DNA of 64,000 nucleotides, taken from Amoebidium appalachense (lineage: Eukaryota; Protista; Ichthyosporea). Both the position numbers and the translations under genes were made by a program. The DNA lies in NCBI GenBank assembly GCA_963693365.1, contig CAVNZM010000016.1, forward strand, positions 2,095,984-2,159,983, written 5' to 3'. Shown here one piece after another: positions 51,069-61,200 of the stretch; the stretch's first letter is position 1; every line of letters begins with the position of its first letter. A model generated the notes under the pieces. It saw only the letters and a program-made list of their open reading frames with translations. It did not search any database and was not told the DNA's origin.

Positions 51069-53216
51069 TTATTTCGCAGCGTACTGCGCCATGGGTTGCC
51101 GGGCAAAGCTGCCCTGGGGGTCACTGCTGTGCCCCACCCTCACGGGCGTAAAGTCGACATAGTAGGACTTGCTGTTGAGGGGGAGCCCCCTGCTGCCCAG
51201 ACCGCTCCTGCCGGGCATGGAGGGCACGTGGTTGTCGGCGGGCAGGTTGTTGAAGGTAGGCAGCCGGCTGAAGGGCACACCGTAAACGCCGGCCTGGAAG
51301 GTGGCGTCCGTGTGCCGTGCCCGGTAGGGGGCCGCGTAGGCAGCCTCGTACTCGGCCTCGGGTGCCAGCTTGTAGCCGTACACGGCCGCCTGCGTGGGTG
51401 TGGGCGCCAGTGGAATACCGTTGACGTTGGCCATGGACGCGTTCATACTTGCTAGGTGGCCCACACAATTTGCACCGTAAGCCTCCACCGTCACCTCATG
51501 GGCACCGGACAGCACCAGCACGTTCTCGTGGTGCACGAAGGTGTCGAGGGTCAGGTCGTCCTGAACCGTGGGTTCCCCGACCCCGGCGGAGAACTTTTCC
51601 GTGTTCAGGTGCAGCAGAATGGGGGTGGCGTCGGAGCTGGTGTCGAGCCCAGAGTACAGGTCACGGTCCCTCTCGAGGTCCAGGGCGATCATGAACTGCT
51701 TGTCGGGCCAGGACGTGGAGTTGTACATGCAATCGGCCGTGACGTCACCCAAGAAGTAGAGGGCCTTAGCCAGCTCGGCCCATGCCTCGGCGCAGTTGTT
51801 CTTCGACACACGAATTTCGTCGAGGGGCTTCTGGTAGGGGCCTATCTTGATCTGGTAGCTCGTTATGTTGCTGCGTTCCGACCTAAACGACTCGTAGCCG
51901 GCCTGGGCCCACGTGTTGCCTTTACGAACGAGGGAGAGCAGGGACTTGACGTTTCTCCCCCGGAACGAAATGTGCAGGTCGGCAGGGCTGCCCCCCTTGA
52001 CGTAGCTCTGGAAGTGGGTGAACGTGCTGTAGGGAATGTACACGTTCTTCTCCATCAAGGCCTTTTCGAAGCCGGCCGTGTAGACGGCGTTCCACTCGAT
52101 GATTTCGCAGTGGAGGACGGGGTTGATGATCTCGTAGGCGACGTCCTTGAGCCAATTCTCGTTCTCGGTGGGCACGTACAACACTTGGTTTGCCTCACCC
52201 AACGACAGCTCGATCTGCACCTCCCCCATGTACGACAGCGGGAGGTACCGGCCGGACCGCATGAGGCCGAGCTTGAGCTGGTGAATGTAGGTGAAACCGT
52301 CGGTGGCGTCGATTTGGGCCTGGATGTTGGCCTGGTGGGGAGGCCACTTGGCGGCGCGGGCGGTGTAGTCGAGGAAGCGGTCGGCAGGAATGCCGTCCTT
52401 GCCCGGCAGCTTGTCGACATCGGGGGCAAACAGGGCCTCGTCGGGCAACGGGTCCGTCCCCCTCGCCTTCTCGATGCCAAAGAGCTTTTTGAGGGGGTCG
52501 GGGTTGAAGCACGAGTACTGGGCGGCCGTGGTGGTGTTCCACTTGTCCGCATACTCCCAGTCGGCGTCCTGCGGGCTGTACGTCCCGTGCATGCGGCCGG
52601 CGGGGCTGTTGCCGTAGTCGGCCGACGACAGGAACCGTTCCAGGTTGATCATCAGGTGGTTGTAGCCTGAAATGTCCTCGACGGTGGTGCCGTTGATGGA
52701 CACACGGGCCCGTTCAAACGGTGCGGCCGAGGAGCAGAGGTGGCCCCCCATCATGGCCATCCCCTCCAGGTTGCGGACCTTGAGGGGGAAAATGTCGGTT
52801 GCCGCCGCGTTGTTGTTGAGGGTGTTGTTGGCCAGCGTCTCGCTCTGGGGCACGGTGGTGCCCTCGTAGTCCCTTATGGTGGTGTCGATCTCGAGGGGGT
52901 GGGCCAGCTGACCGGGGAGGGGGAACCTGCGCAGCCTCTCCACCTTCACGCCCACGTACTCGGGGGCGTTGGGCACGTTGGCCTTGAACTGGAACGTCAT
53001 GTAGGAGTTGAGACAGTCCAGGAAGCCCACGGCCGGCAGGGAGAACCGAATCACGCGCTGCCCCTTTGAGCTGTACGTCGAGCCGGTCACCGGGTAGGTC
53101 TTGACGGTCGACCGGCGGTTGATGTGGCTGAGCTCCACGGGCGAGTACGTGCCGGCGTCCGTCAGCTTGTGGTAGGCCATGTTGAGGGGCACGGAGGCGT
53201 CGTAGGGGGCTGCCAT
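51069..53216 (-). CDS. Major capsid protein (double jelly-roll, PLV-type) with in-frame C-terminal extension
   Basis: IRFSLPAVGFLDCLNSYMTF and FERARVSINGTTVEDISGYNHL N-terminal pattern; FMIALDLE..SGLDT near the C-terminus; adjacent to the ATPase. Confidence 0.85.
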   Translation of the reverse strand: MAAPYDASVPLNMAYHKLTDAGTYSPVELSHINRRSTVKTYPVTGSTYSSKGQRVIRFSLPAVGFLDCLNSYMTFQFKANVPNAPEYVGVKVERLRRFPLPGQLAHPLEIDTTIRDYEGTTVPQSETLANNTLNNNAAATDIFPLKVRNLEGMAMMGGHLCSSAAPFERARVSINGTTVEDISGYNHLMINLERFLSSADYGNSPAGRMHGTYSPQDADWEYADKWNTTTAAQYSCFNPDPLKKLFGIEKARGTDPLPDEALFAPDVDKLPGKDGIPADRFLDYTARAAKWPPHQANIQAQIDATDGFTYIHQLKLGLMRSGRYLPLSYMGEVQIELSLGEANQVLYVPTENENWLKDVAYEIINPVLHCEIIEWNAVYTAGFEKALMEKNVYIPYSTFTHFQSYVKGGSPADLHISFRGRNVKSLLSLVRKGNTWAQAGYESFRSERSNITSYQIKIGPYQKPLDEIRVSKNNCAEAWAELAKALYFLGDVTADCMYNSTSWPDKQFMIALDLERDRDLYSGLDTSSDATPILLHLNTEKFSAGVGEPTVQDDLTLDTFVHHENVLVLSGAHEVTVEAYGANCVGHLASMNASMANVNGIPLAPTPTQAAVYGYKLAPEAEYEAAYAAPYRARHTDATFQAGVYGVPFSRLPTFNNLPADNHVPSMPGRSGLGSRGLPLNSKSYYVDFTPVRVGHSSDPQGSFARQPMAQYAAK

Positions 53217-53229
53217 GTTGGTGGTGTGT

Positions 53230-54033
53230 TTACCTATGCCGTACATTTTTTTCGCCGTCACTGTCGCCGCCACCGTCGGACCCCGGGGACCCCAGCACCA
53301 CCTCCTGTTCGAAATTTCGAAACATCCGCCCCTCGTTCAAGCGGATAAAGAGGAAGTCGTGCTTGCCCCGGTAGACCGTGTCCATCAATTCGAAAAATTG
53401 GGGGGTCTCGAGGGCGGGCAGGAACTCGTCCCGCAACACCTTGAGCTCGGTGTTGTTGGTGTTCTTGAAGTAGGCCAAGGCGTCAGCCTGGCTGCGCAGC
53501 TCGAGGGGTATCTTGTTGAGCTTCTGCCCGACCATCATCACCGACACACCAATGTGTCGGCGGTTCTGCGCCATGCGCACAAACTCGCGCAGGTTGCCCG
53601 ACTTGCGAAAAATGTGGGACATGTCGTCAAACACCAGCAGCATGCGGTAGTTGGGGTTAACCTTCTTGTGCTGAAGCGACAGCTTGAGAATCTCGGGGAG
53701 GAACGACACGTCCTGGTGCAGGCGGGCCTTGGGGATTTTCAGGGCCGTGCCCAGGGTGTGCATGCTCGGGCTGAAAATGTACACGCGGTCAAACAGTTTA
53801 TTGTAGAACTGACCCTCCCGGGCAACCAAGTTGACGAGCAGGTTGGACTTGCCGGACCCGGGCTGGCCAATGAGCAGGAAGAAGAACACGTTGTCCATCA
53901 ACGGGTAGGGCACCCTCAGCTTGGTGTCGCACGTCATTGGTATGTGCTCCACCGAGAGGGGTGCGGGCAGGGGCTTGACGGCAATGGGCGGGGGCGGGTG
54001 CATGATGGTGTCACTCTCACCCAACAGGCCCAT
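53230..54033 (-). CDS. A32-like genome packaging ATPase
   Basis: Walker A GQPGSGKS, Walker B LLVFDD, RRHIGVSVMMVGQ. Confidence 0.93.
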   Translation of the reverse strand: MGLLGESDTIMHPPPPIAVKPLPAPLSVEHIPMTCDTKLRVPYPLMDNVFFFLLIGQPGSGKSNLLVNLVAREGQFYNKLFDRVYIFSPSMHTLGTALKIPKARLHQDVSFLPEILKLSLQHKKVNPNYRMLLVFDDMSHIFRKSGNLREFVRMAQNRRHIGVSVMMVGQKLNKIPLELRSQADALAYFKNTNNTELKVLRDEFLPALETPQFFELMDTVYRGKHDFLFIRLNEGRMFRNFEQEVVLGSPGSDGGGDSDGEKNVRHR

Positions 54034-54037
54034 AAAA

Positions 54038-54289
54038 TTAGTGCCTGCAGCCGTCCATTTGCACGTTGTAGACCGTGAAGTCGTCCAGGCACTCGAAGCT
54101 CAGAGGTACATGAGGTACGAGGTACATGGGCTCGTCACCCAGCCACGTCATGACGCACCCACAGTCAAAGTCGTAGCCCGGCCCCTCCTCCTGGGTGGCG
54201 CACTTGAACCAGTGCCCACAGTAGTCGCACGCGTGCTGCCATGGTTCGGCGTCCGTGTCGGATGCCGCCTTGGTTGTCGGGTTGGCCAT
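54038..54289 (-). CDS. Small Cys-rich (putative Zn-binding) viral protein
   Basis: MANPTT...CDYCGHWFKC...CGC...C; upstream AAAAAATGT motif. Confidence 0.55.
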   Translation of the reverse strand: MANPTTKAASDTDAEPWQHACDYCGHWFKCATQEEGPGYDFDCGCVMTWLGDEPMYLVPHVPLSFECLDDFTVYNVQMDGCRH

Positions 54290-54382
54290 GTCGGTTGCCG
54301 TGTCTGTAATACGGCACACATTTTTTGGACGTTGGCACCGTCCAACGTCGGTAAAAAAATGTGTGCGTACTGGTAACCAACC

Positions 54383-54991
54383 ATGTCGGCCGAAGACAAC
54401 CAAATCGAGCGCGTGTCTGACGGCGAAGTCCACCAACCCGTGTCCAACGGCGCCACCGGCATGGGTGTGGAGCCCATGGTGTTGGACGCCGGCCACGTGG
54501 CCAAGGCGAGACGGCAGCCCACGGCCCGGCAGCTGGAGGCCCTGGAGAAGGGCCGGAGCACCAGGGTGGAACGCATGCGGCGAAACAAGGACTACATCCG
54601 TGAACTCGAGCAGAAGCTGCAGGTGCTGGAGACCCGCCCGCCCGGCCCCCCGCCGGCGAAAGCAGAAGCACCGGCACAACCCCCAAAAGCACCCCGGCCA
54701 AGGCAGAAGAAGGCACCACGGAAGCCCATGACGAGGGTGGCGTTCGAGGAAGGGGACAGCGATGGTGGCTATGACGACTCGGACCCGCACAGCAACCCCT
54801 ACTACCAGTACTACATGCCCCCGCCGGTACCACACCCCATGGGTGCACCGGGCGGGTACGCACCTCCACAGACACGCCACAGTGCCCCCCACACGGGCAT
54901 GGGCTACGGCCCGTACCACCCTCCTGCAGCAGCAGCACCCCCTCCCCAGCGCAGCTACAGCGACCACATCGCCAGCCTCATTTCGTGGTGA
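54383..54991 (+). CDS. Viral hypothetical protein (coiled-coil, Pro/Tyr-rich tail)
   Basis: 202 aa, ACCATG start context, RQLEALEKGR helix. Confidence 0.75.
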   Translation: MSAEDNQIERVSDGEVHQPVSNGATGMGVEPMVLDAGHVAKARRQPTARQLEALEKGRSTRVERMRRNKDYIRELEQKLQVLETRPPGPPPAKAEAPAQPPKAPRPRQKKAPRKPMTRVAFEEGDSDGGYDDSDPHSNPYYQYYMPPPVPHPMGAPGGYAPPQTRHSAPHTGMGYGPYHPPAAAAPPPQRSYSDHIASLISW

Positions 54992-55047
54992 CGTAGGAAG
55001 GAAAAATTCGTGTGCCCCCACTAGTAGCAAGCTACCGGTGCACGGCC

Positions 55048-55338
55048 ATGGCTACCCCTAGGAGCACGAAAAACCTGCCGTCGGCGTACTCGTCGCCGTT
55101 TACGTTCGACGACTACCTCGAGTTCTACATACGACACGGCACGGACAAACAGTTCGACCCGGCCGACAAGGCCGGGAAGAAGCCCGAAAACAAAATCGAA
55201 AAAAAATTCCTGAGGTTGAAGAAGAGGGTGCCGGTCGACCGGCAAGAGGAGCTGAGGAAGGTGCTGGAATACGAGGCCGAGCTCGATGCCCGCATGCTGG
55301 CCCACATACAGAAGCAGGAGGGGGAGACCAACATCTAA
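55048..55338 (+). CDS. Viral hypothetical protein
   Basis: GCCATGG start; charged helical 96 aa. Confidence 0.65.
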   Translation: MATPRSTKNLPSAYSSPFTFDDYLEFYIRHGTDKQFDPADKAGKKPENKIEKKFLRLKKRVPVDRQEELRKVLEYEAELDARMLAHIQKQEGETNI

Positions 55339-55580
55339 AAATAGGACCGGCCACCGCCCGACCGACTGGCCCGGAAAGACCTCTGCAGGTAGTTGATGTT
55401 GCTGCCGGCGTAGGCAATGCCCTGGGCGGCACGACCAATGTCCATGACCGTCCGGAACCTGTCCCAGGCCTCGTTGGGGTGGACGATGACGGTGTGGCTG
55501 CGTGGTGTGGCCGTGCGGTCCGGCAGTGCCGGCCGCCAGTACTCGGAGTCGTTGACGTGCCCCACCCCTCGAAAATCCAT
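55335..55580 (-). CDS. Small viral hypothetical protein
   Basis: AACATGG start; stop codon overlaps that of the convergent gene. Confidence 0.5.
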   Translation of the reverse strand: MDFRGVGHVNDSEYWRPALPDRTATPRSHTVIVHPNEAWDRFRTVMDIGRAAQGIAYAGSNINYLQRSFRASRSGGGRSYF

Positions 55581-55636
55581 GTTTGTTTGTAAGGCTCCCG
55601 TTAACCGTTGTATGTCAAAATATAGCCACCGTGGCG

Positions 55637-56722
55637 CTAGCCGAACCGTTGGGGTTTGGCCATGGGCCGGATCGCCGTGACCCCCGTGGGGCTCGGGATT
55701 CGCCGGAGGCACAATAAAACCGTCATGTCCCCCCTCAGCCCCACCACGTCCCCGTAGCAGCTGACCAGCTTGATGCTGAGCGAGTTGATGTGCGTGCTGA
55801 CGTCCAGAGGCAGCTCGACGACGGCCCCGTTGTCAAAGAGGGGGAGGGCGTACTGCGGGAAGGTGGGTATGACGGCCAGAATGTCCTTGCTCGGATAGGA
55901 CGACTGGAACTTGACGTCGGCGTTGGCCACGCTCACCGACGACTCCGAATTCACCCCGTGCAGCTCAAGAAAAAAGTGGCTGGGGAATGCCGGTATGTTG
56001 GGGGCCATGACCTCTCCCTCTGCCTTGGAGGCGGTCAGCTGGCCGTCGAGGGGCATGCCGGCCGCTGCAGCCATGACCGGGCTGTCGAACCACATGACCA
56101 CCCGGTAAAACTCGTTCGCATTGAACAGCGTGATGCGGCTGGCTACTTGGTGACACCCCACCCCCAACGTGTCCGCGTCGTTCACAATCTCGTCCTTGAT
56201 GGCGTCGGGTAGATTCGGGTGGTAGACTTCCTTCAAGGCGTAGTTCAACCAGGCAGCCACGAGCGTGCCCACAATGTTCTCGTCGTCTAGTTCATACGCC
56301 TCAGAGTCATCCGCGCACAGTTTTCTGGACCCACGGCCGACGTACTCCCCCCTAGGGCCCACCCCAAACTCGTACAGGGGTATCTGCTTGAAGGTCGACA
56401 ACGACGATTCCGGCACGTCCGCAGGGAGGGGCTCCAGGGGTATGCGTCTGTGCTCCATGCTGGGCCCCCACCCGCCCGGGGAGCCGGGGTCGACCGGCCG
56501 CAGGGCAATGTTGACGTAGCACTTGTCACGAGGGAAGGGGTAGTAGAAGGTGTTGGCCTACGTCATGGTGCTCACCCAACGGGCACCCAACGATGTGTTC
56601 TGCATGAACCCGATGGGCGGTGAGAGCATGGCCTTCATCTGCACAGGTGCAGGCTCCTGCTGGCCCTGCACAAAGTCACCGACGTGCTGCATGACAACCA
56701 GGTGTGTGGGTGCGTGGTCCAT
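55637..56722 (-). pseudogene. Minor capsid (penton) protein with one in-frame TAG at 56558-56560
   Basis: ACCACCATGG start; NTFY motif; C-terminal DILAVIP...INSLSIKLVSCYGDVVGLRGDMTVLLCL penton-like pattern. Confidence 0.75.
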
Positions 56723-56780
56723 GGTGGTGGTTGTTACGTAATGAGGTACAAAAAATCGCCGTGTAACAGTAACGTGCAAC

Positions 56781-58244
56781 ATGCCGAGCACAACCGACTG
56801 GACCGTGGCCACCGGGCTGGCCCTCGCCAACCGGCGCAGAAACGGCTACTACGTGGGGCTCCTGCCCGACAACGCCGCCCACGACCACGACGCATACGAG
56901 CTGACGTTGCCCACCACCCGGCCGGCCACCGACTCGTACGTGGCGTGCGGTGCAGACGGCGTGCTCTCGTTTGTGGCTGCCGCCGACGTGCCCACGGACA
57001 TGACGGTCAAGAACCTGGAGGCCAGGGTGGTGGCAGTGGAGGGGGTCAACACCACCCAGGACACCGACATTGCCAGTCTCAAAACCACCACGGGAGGCCT
57101 GGACACACGGCTGGCGGCGGTGGAGACGAAAGCCACGAGTGCCCTCGACACGGCCAACGGTGCGGTGACGATCAACACCGCCCAGACAAACGACATTGCC
57201 GGCCTCAAAACCGCCACGGGGAGCCTGGACACACGGCTGACGGCAGTGGAGAGCAAGGCCACCACCGCCCTCGGCACGGCCAACGGTGCGGTGACGGTCA
57301 ACACCACACAGAACACGGACATTGCCGCCCTCAAGACCACCACGGGAGGCCTGGACACGAGGCTGACGGCAGTGGAGAGCAAGGCCACCACCGCCCTCAG
57401 CACCGCCAACGGTGCAGTGACGGTCAACACCACACAGAACACGGACATTGCCGGCCTCAAGACCACCACGGGGAGCCTGGACACGAGGCTGACGGCAGTG
57501 GAGAGCAAGGCCACCAGCGCCCTCAGCACGGCCAACGGTGCAGTGACGGTCAACACCACCCAGACAAACGACATTGCCGGCCTCAAGACTACCACCGGTA
57601 CACTCACAACGGACATGACGGCCATCAAGAACAGACTCCCTGCCAACACCAACAGGCTGGCCGATGAAGCGTGGGTGAGGCAGAGGACCGGCCCAGCGTA
57701 CAAGGCAGTGAAGGTGTACCACATTACCAACCGAACGTGGAGCTCCCTCTTGGGCGATACAGCATGGGGTGACATTTTTAGCCTCAAGCCGGACACCGAC
57801 CCAAACATCAACCTTGGGTGGATGACACAGCCAGGGGCCGAACTGCTCATCGTGCACGAGTTTTGGAAGGCGCTCGGCAACAACCAATTCCAGTTCATGG
57901 TGCAGGAAGGTCGGGTGTCCATGGCCTGTGTGGACCCTGTTAGTCCGAACGGCCATTACCCGTTTGCCATAGGGTGTGGTCTGATCGAGGGGGAACTACA
58001 GCCCACAGGAAACGGGACAGATTTCTGGCTACGAATAAGGGTGACCAATAGAGCCTCTGACACCTATAGCTTTGGCAATGCGTCAGGCTACAATGCATTC
58101 AACGTGCAGGTGATTGCCAGGTACCCCCACTTTAGCGAATATGTCAACAAATCTAGCATTCCGAGAACAGACCTCAACTTCCACGATCCAAACTACTTTG
58201 CCGACTACCCATATGCAACCGAGACAGGTAGCTGGCTACCGTAG
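56781..58244 (+). CDS. Fiber-like protein with 42-aa coiled-coil repeats
   Basis: 126-bp tandem repeat x~4.5 (from 57048) encoding six heptads per unit; unique beta-rich C-terminal domain. Confidence 0.8.
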   Translation: MPSTTDWTVATGLALANRRRNGYYVGLLPDNAAHDHDAYELTLPTTRPATDSYVACGADGVLSFVAAADVPTDMTVKNLEARVVAVEGVNTTQDTDIASLKTTTGGLDTRLAAVETKATSALDTANGAVTINTAQTNDIAGLKTATGSLDTRLTAVESKATTALGTANGAVTVNTTQNTDIAALKTTTGGLDTRLTAVESKATTALSTANGAVTVNTTQNTDIAGLKTTTGSLDTRLTAVESKATSALSTANGAVTVNTTQTNDIAGLKTTTGTLTTDMTAIKNRLPANTNRLADEAWVRQRTGPAYKAVKVYHITNRTWSSLLGDTAWGDIFSLKPDTDPNINLGWMTQPGAELLIVHEFWKALGNNQFQFMVQEGRVSMACVDPVSPNGHYPFAIGCGLIEGELQPTGNGTDFWLRIRVTNRASDTYSFGNASGYNAFNVQVIARYPHFSEYVNKSSIPRTDLNFHDPNYFADYPYATETGSWLP

Positions 58245-58375
58245 GTGCCAAGGTGAATTTTTCTCTACGGGGTATTAAGACTCACCATGAGTCATTTGCA
58301 GTGGCACGTTTCCCAGGGAATTCCCCTACTGGCACCGAGAAACTAAATTATTTCTAACACACTAGTAAACTCACC

Positions 58376-60382
58376 ATGAACAGTTTGCCGTGGCACGTTA
58401 CCGAGGGAGTCTCCCTGGTGGGTCCAAAAAGCAGAGACTACTACGTCGGCATCCGACCCGACTCGAGCGGGCACGGGCACGACAGCTACGTCCTCGAGCT
58501 GCCCAAAAGCCTCCCCCGAGCGGGGCCAGCCTTCTTGAAGGTGGACGAGGTGGGGGCCGGTACCTTCATGCCCGTGGCGGAGGTGACCGACCGGCTGGAC
58601 GACCTGGAGAGGAGGGTGGTGCTGTTGGAAAAGGGCATGGTCAAGAACTGGGAGGAGCACACCGTCTACGACACCATGAAGGAAACCTTGGACACTATAG
58701 TAAAGGTGCTGTGGGGGGACGACAAGGAGAACTTTGAAGACAACATTGTACGTCGCCTGCTGAGGCTGGAAGGCCTAACCCCCGACCCGATATTTCCCTA
58801 CTCCATGTGGGTCCGGCCAAACTTTTTGTTTTCCGACGGGTGGACGTCGGTGCGTACCATAAACAGACAGATCAAGACAGCCCTGCCCGAACGCCCCGAC
58901 TTCCCCAAGTTCCCCATGATAAGCAACCCAGACACCCCACACAGCATGGGCACCCCCCTCTTTTTTGGGAGCTGGGACGAGGAGAGACAGACCATCACGT
59001 TCCAGGCCCAATACTACCCCATGTCTGCACGAACCGCATGCTTCAAGTTCGACCATGTCGGCATAAACGGACAGGACAAGGACGACGGTCACACGTACAC
59101 CCACTTCTACGAAAACGAAACGGACGAGGCAAGACACGCCACCCTTTGGCACTACACCCCAACCATGGAGGCCGTCATATCATCAAACACGTACCCCCTC
59201 AACAACAACTACGCCTACAACAAGAAGGGCATCAGCAGGGTCTTACCGTTCATGACGTACGACATTGTCATGGGCACCGTGCCCCGGGGGGAGCCGCTGC
59301 AGCAGCACATTGCCGGCAAGCTCACCGCCAACCTAGACAGCAGCCAGCTGTACGAGCTCAACCAGGTCGTCGTCGAGAAGGCCGAGTACCTGCACGACGT
59401 GCCCATCATCAACACAGAGGTTGACCACACGGACCTGCACGACACCAACAACGACTGGCACATGGACCACATCAACGAGGACAACCCCGACCTGCCCGGA
59501 GGCGGAAAGTTCCCCTACGACGACAAGGTTCTCACAAACTGGATAAAGAGCAGGGTGTGGGCACAGGAGCAAGAGACCATATCGGGCACAACCAAGACAC
59601 GGTACTTCAGGCCGGGCCTCCTGCACTTCTCCAACAGGGGCCCCAACGACTACACCACCACACGCATGGGCTACGTGAGACTTGACCACAAGGTCCACTA
59701 CAAGTTTCCCAGCGTCATGTTTCAATACGAAACCACCGTCAGCGCCGTCGGTGATTTGGGGGGGACCAACAAGACCGTGTATTCGGGCCCCAAAGGGTCA
59801 CTACCCCACCCGGAAATGGAGCTCACGTACAGGGTGACAAGCCGGGTGCTACGTCTAAACTACAACGAAGCCGTTTCCCCCGACCCCTGGGACGAGGTGG
59901 ACCAGCTATGGGAACCGGTGGGCTCGGCCCTCAAACAGTACCTCAACACCATACGTGCACACATGCCCAACGGAAAGGTGCCACAGAGCATGCAGGAAAA
60001 CGACCTGTGGTTTATGGTGAGGCCTAGGGAGATCAACTTTGTGCCCGTGCTAAGAGACTTCGTCGAAGAGGAAACGTTCAAACCAAGCCCGTTGGACAAT
60101 GTGGAGAGTGTGATGGACTTGATAGGGGTCATACCTGTGGTCGGCGATGCCGTGTCTGCCGTGGGCAAGGGGGCATGCAAACTCGCACAGAGGTACGGAG
60201 GTAAGCTAGGCACGGGCATTGGCAAGATGGGCAAGAGGAAGGCACGCCGGGCCGCCACCGACTACGACAACTACGCCGCCGAGCTCGAGGCCTGGAAGAA
60301 CAACCAGGATAAGTACGGGCCCGACCACAACGTCGTGGATGTGGGCGACTGGGACAACGGGCCAAAATGGACCATGCCCTAA
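58376..60382 (+). CDS. Large putative virion protein sharing the fiber N-terminal module
   Basis: 668 aa; N-terminus paralogous to the 56781 ORF; C-terminal DLIGVIPVVGDAVSAVGKG motif. Confidence 0.8.
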   Translation: MNSLPWHVTEGVSLVGPKSRDYYVGIRPDSSGHGHDSYVLELPKSLPRAGPAFLKVDEVGAGTFMPVAEVTDRLDDLERRVVLLEKGMVKNWEEHTVYDTMKETLDTIVKVLWGDDKENFEDNIVRRLLRLEGLTPDPIFPYSMWVRPNFLFSDGWTSVRTINRQIKTALPERPDFPKFPMISNPDTPHSMGTPLFFGSWDEERQTITFQAQYYPMSARTACFKFDHVGINGQDKDDGHTYTHFYENETDEARHATLWHYTPTMEAVISSNTYPLNNNYAYNKKGISRVLPFMTYDIVMGTVPRGEPLQQHIAGKLTANLDSSQLYELNQVVVEKAEYLHDVPIINTEVDHTDLHDTNNDWHMDHINEDNPDLPGGGKFPYDDKVLTNWIKSRVWAQEQETISGTTKTRYFRPGLLHFSNRGPNDYTTTRMGYVRLDHKVHYKFPSVMFQYETTVSAVGDLGGTNKTVYSGPKGSLPHPEMELTYRVTSRVLRLNYNEAVSPDPWDEVDQLWEPVGSALKQYLNTIRAHMPNGKVPQSMQENDLWFMVRPREINFVPVLRDFVEEETFKPSPLDNVESVMDLIGVIPVVGDAVSAVGKGACKLAQRYGGKLGTGIGKMGKRKARRAATDYDNYAAELEAWKNNQDKYGPDHNVVDVGDWDNGPKWTMP

Positions 60383-60384
60383 AA

Positions 60385-61149
60385 CTACGTGTAGGGGCCC
60401 AGCACGTCCATGCAGTAGAGTATGAGGTACCAGAGGGCAAGCAGGCAGCAGGCGAGCAGTGTGTACCCCAACGTGGTCAGAAACCCGTTCTCCAAAAACC
60501 CAAACTCCCACAAGTTCCAGTGGAGCTCGTCAAACACAATGCCTGCCAGTGCAAGGCCTGCATGCACGCACACGCACAGCACAATGTTCCTGGTGAGCAC
60601 GGGCACGGACAGGGAGAGCATGTACCGTGCACAGACGAGGGTGGCACACGCCAGCACGCCCCTCAACACAAGAAACACGTAGCCAAACACCGACGGTTCA
60701 AACACGCACGTCATGCCGTAGAGGGCACTTAGGGGGAGGAGGGAGGCACACACCATGTACGCCACGGCCCGTGGGAAGAACAACGTGGTCGTCACACGCA
60801 TGGATCGGGCCCAGCACGCTGCTGCCAGCATGTAGGCGAGGGGGGAGGCCACATACAGCCACGAGCCCAGCCAGTAGGGTGCCCACATCACACAGTGCCC
60901 GGCCACGTCAGGGTGGGTGTCCACGTCGAGCCAGGCATACGCCACCCATTGTGCCTGGCACATGACCACACCTGTGAGGGGTAGGATGATGAGCCAAAAC
61001 ATGCATGTACGTTTGGCAAGTTCCGGTATGAGTACGGCTGTGCCGTAGGACGCCACCACGAGTGCAACACACATGATGGCACAGCAGGTGGTAAAATATA
61101 TACGTGCAAGGTCGACAATCATTCTCACAACTGAGTTGCCTACTACCAT
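60385..61149 (-). CDS. Polytopic membrane protein (~7 TM), unknown
   Basis: About seven hydrophobic segments in 254 aa. Confidence 0.75.
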   Translation of the reverse strand: MVVGNSVVRMIVDLARIYFTTCCAIMCVALVVASYGTAVLIPELAKRTCMFWLIILPLTGVVMCQAQWVAYAWLDVDTHPDVAGHCVMWAPYWLGSWLYVASPLAYMLAAACWARSMRVTTTLFFPRAVAYMVCASLLPLSALYGMTCVFEPSVFGYVFLVLRGVLACATLVCARYMLSLSVPVLTRNIVLCVCVHAGLALAGIVFDELHWNLWEFGFLENGFLTTLGYTLLACCLLALWYLILYCMDVLGPYT

Positions 61150-61200
61150 CTCCGTACGAAAAAATGTGCAACCATAATAAAAGGGAAAAACAAGACCAAG

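Noticed and set aside
60385-61149. Viral rhodopsin
   Set aside because: No retinal-binding lysine motif in the last helix.
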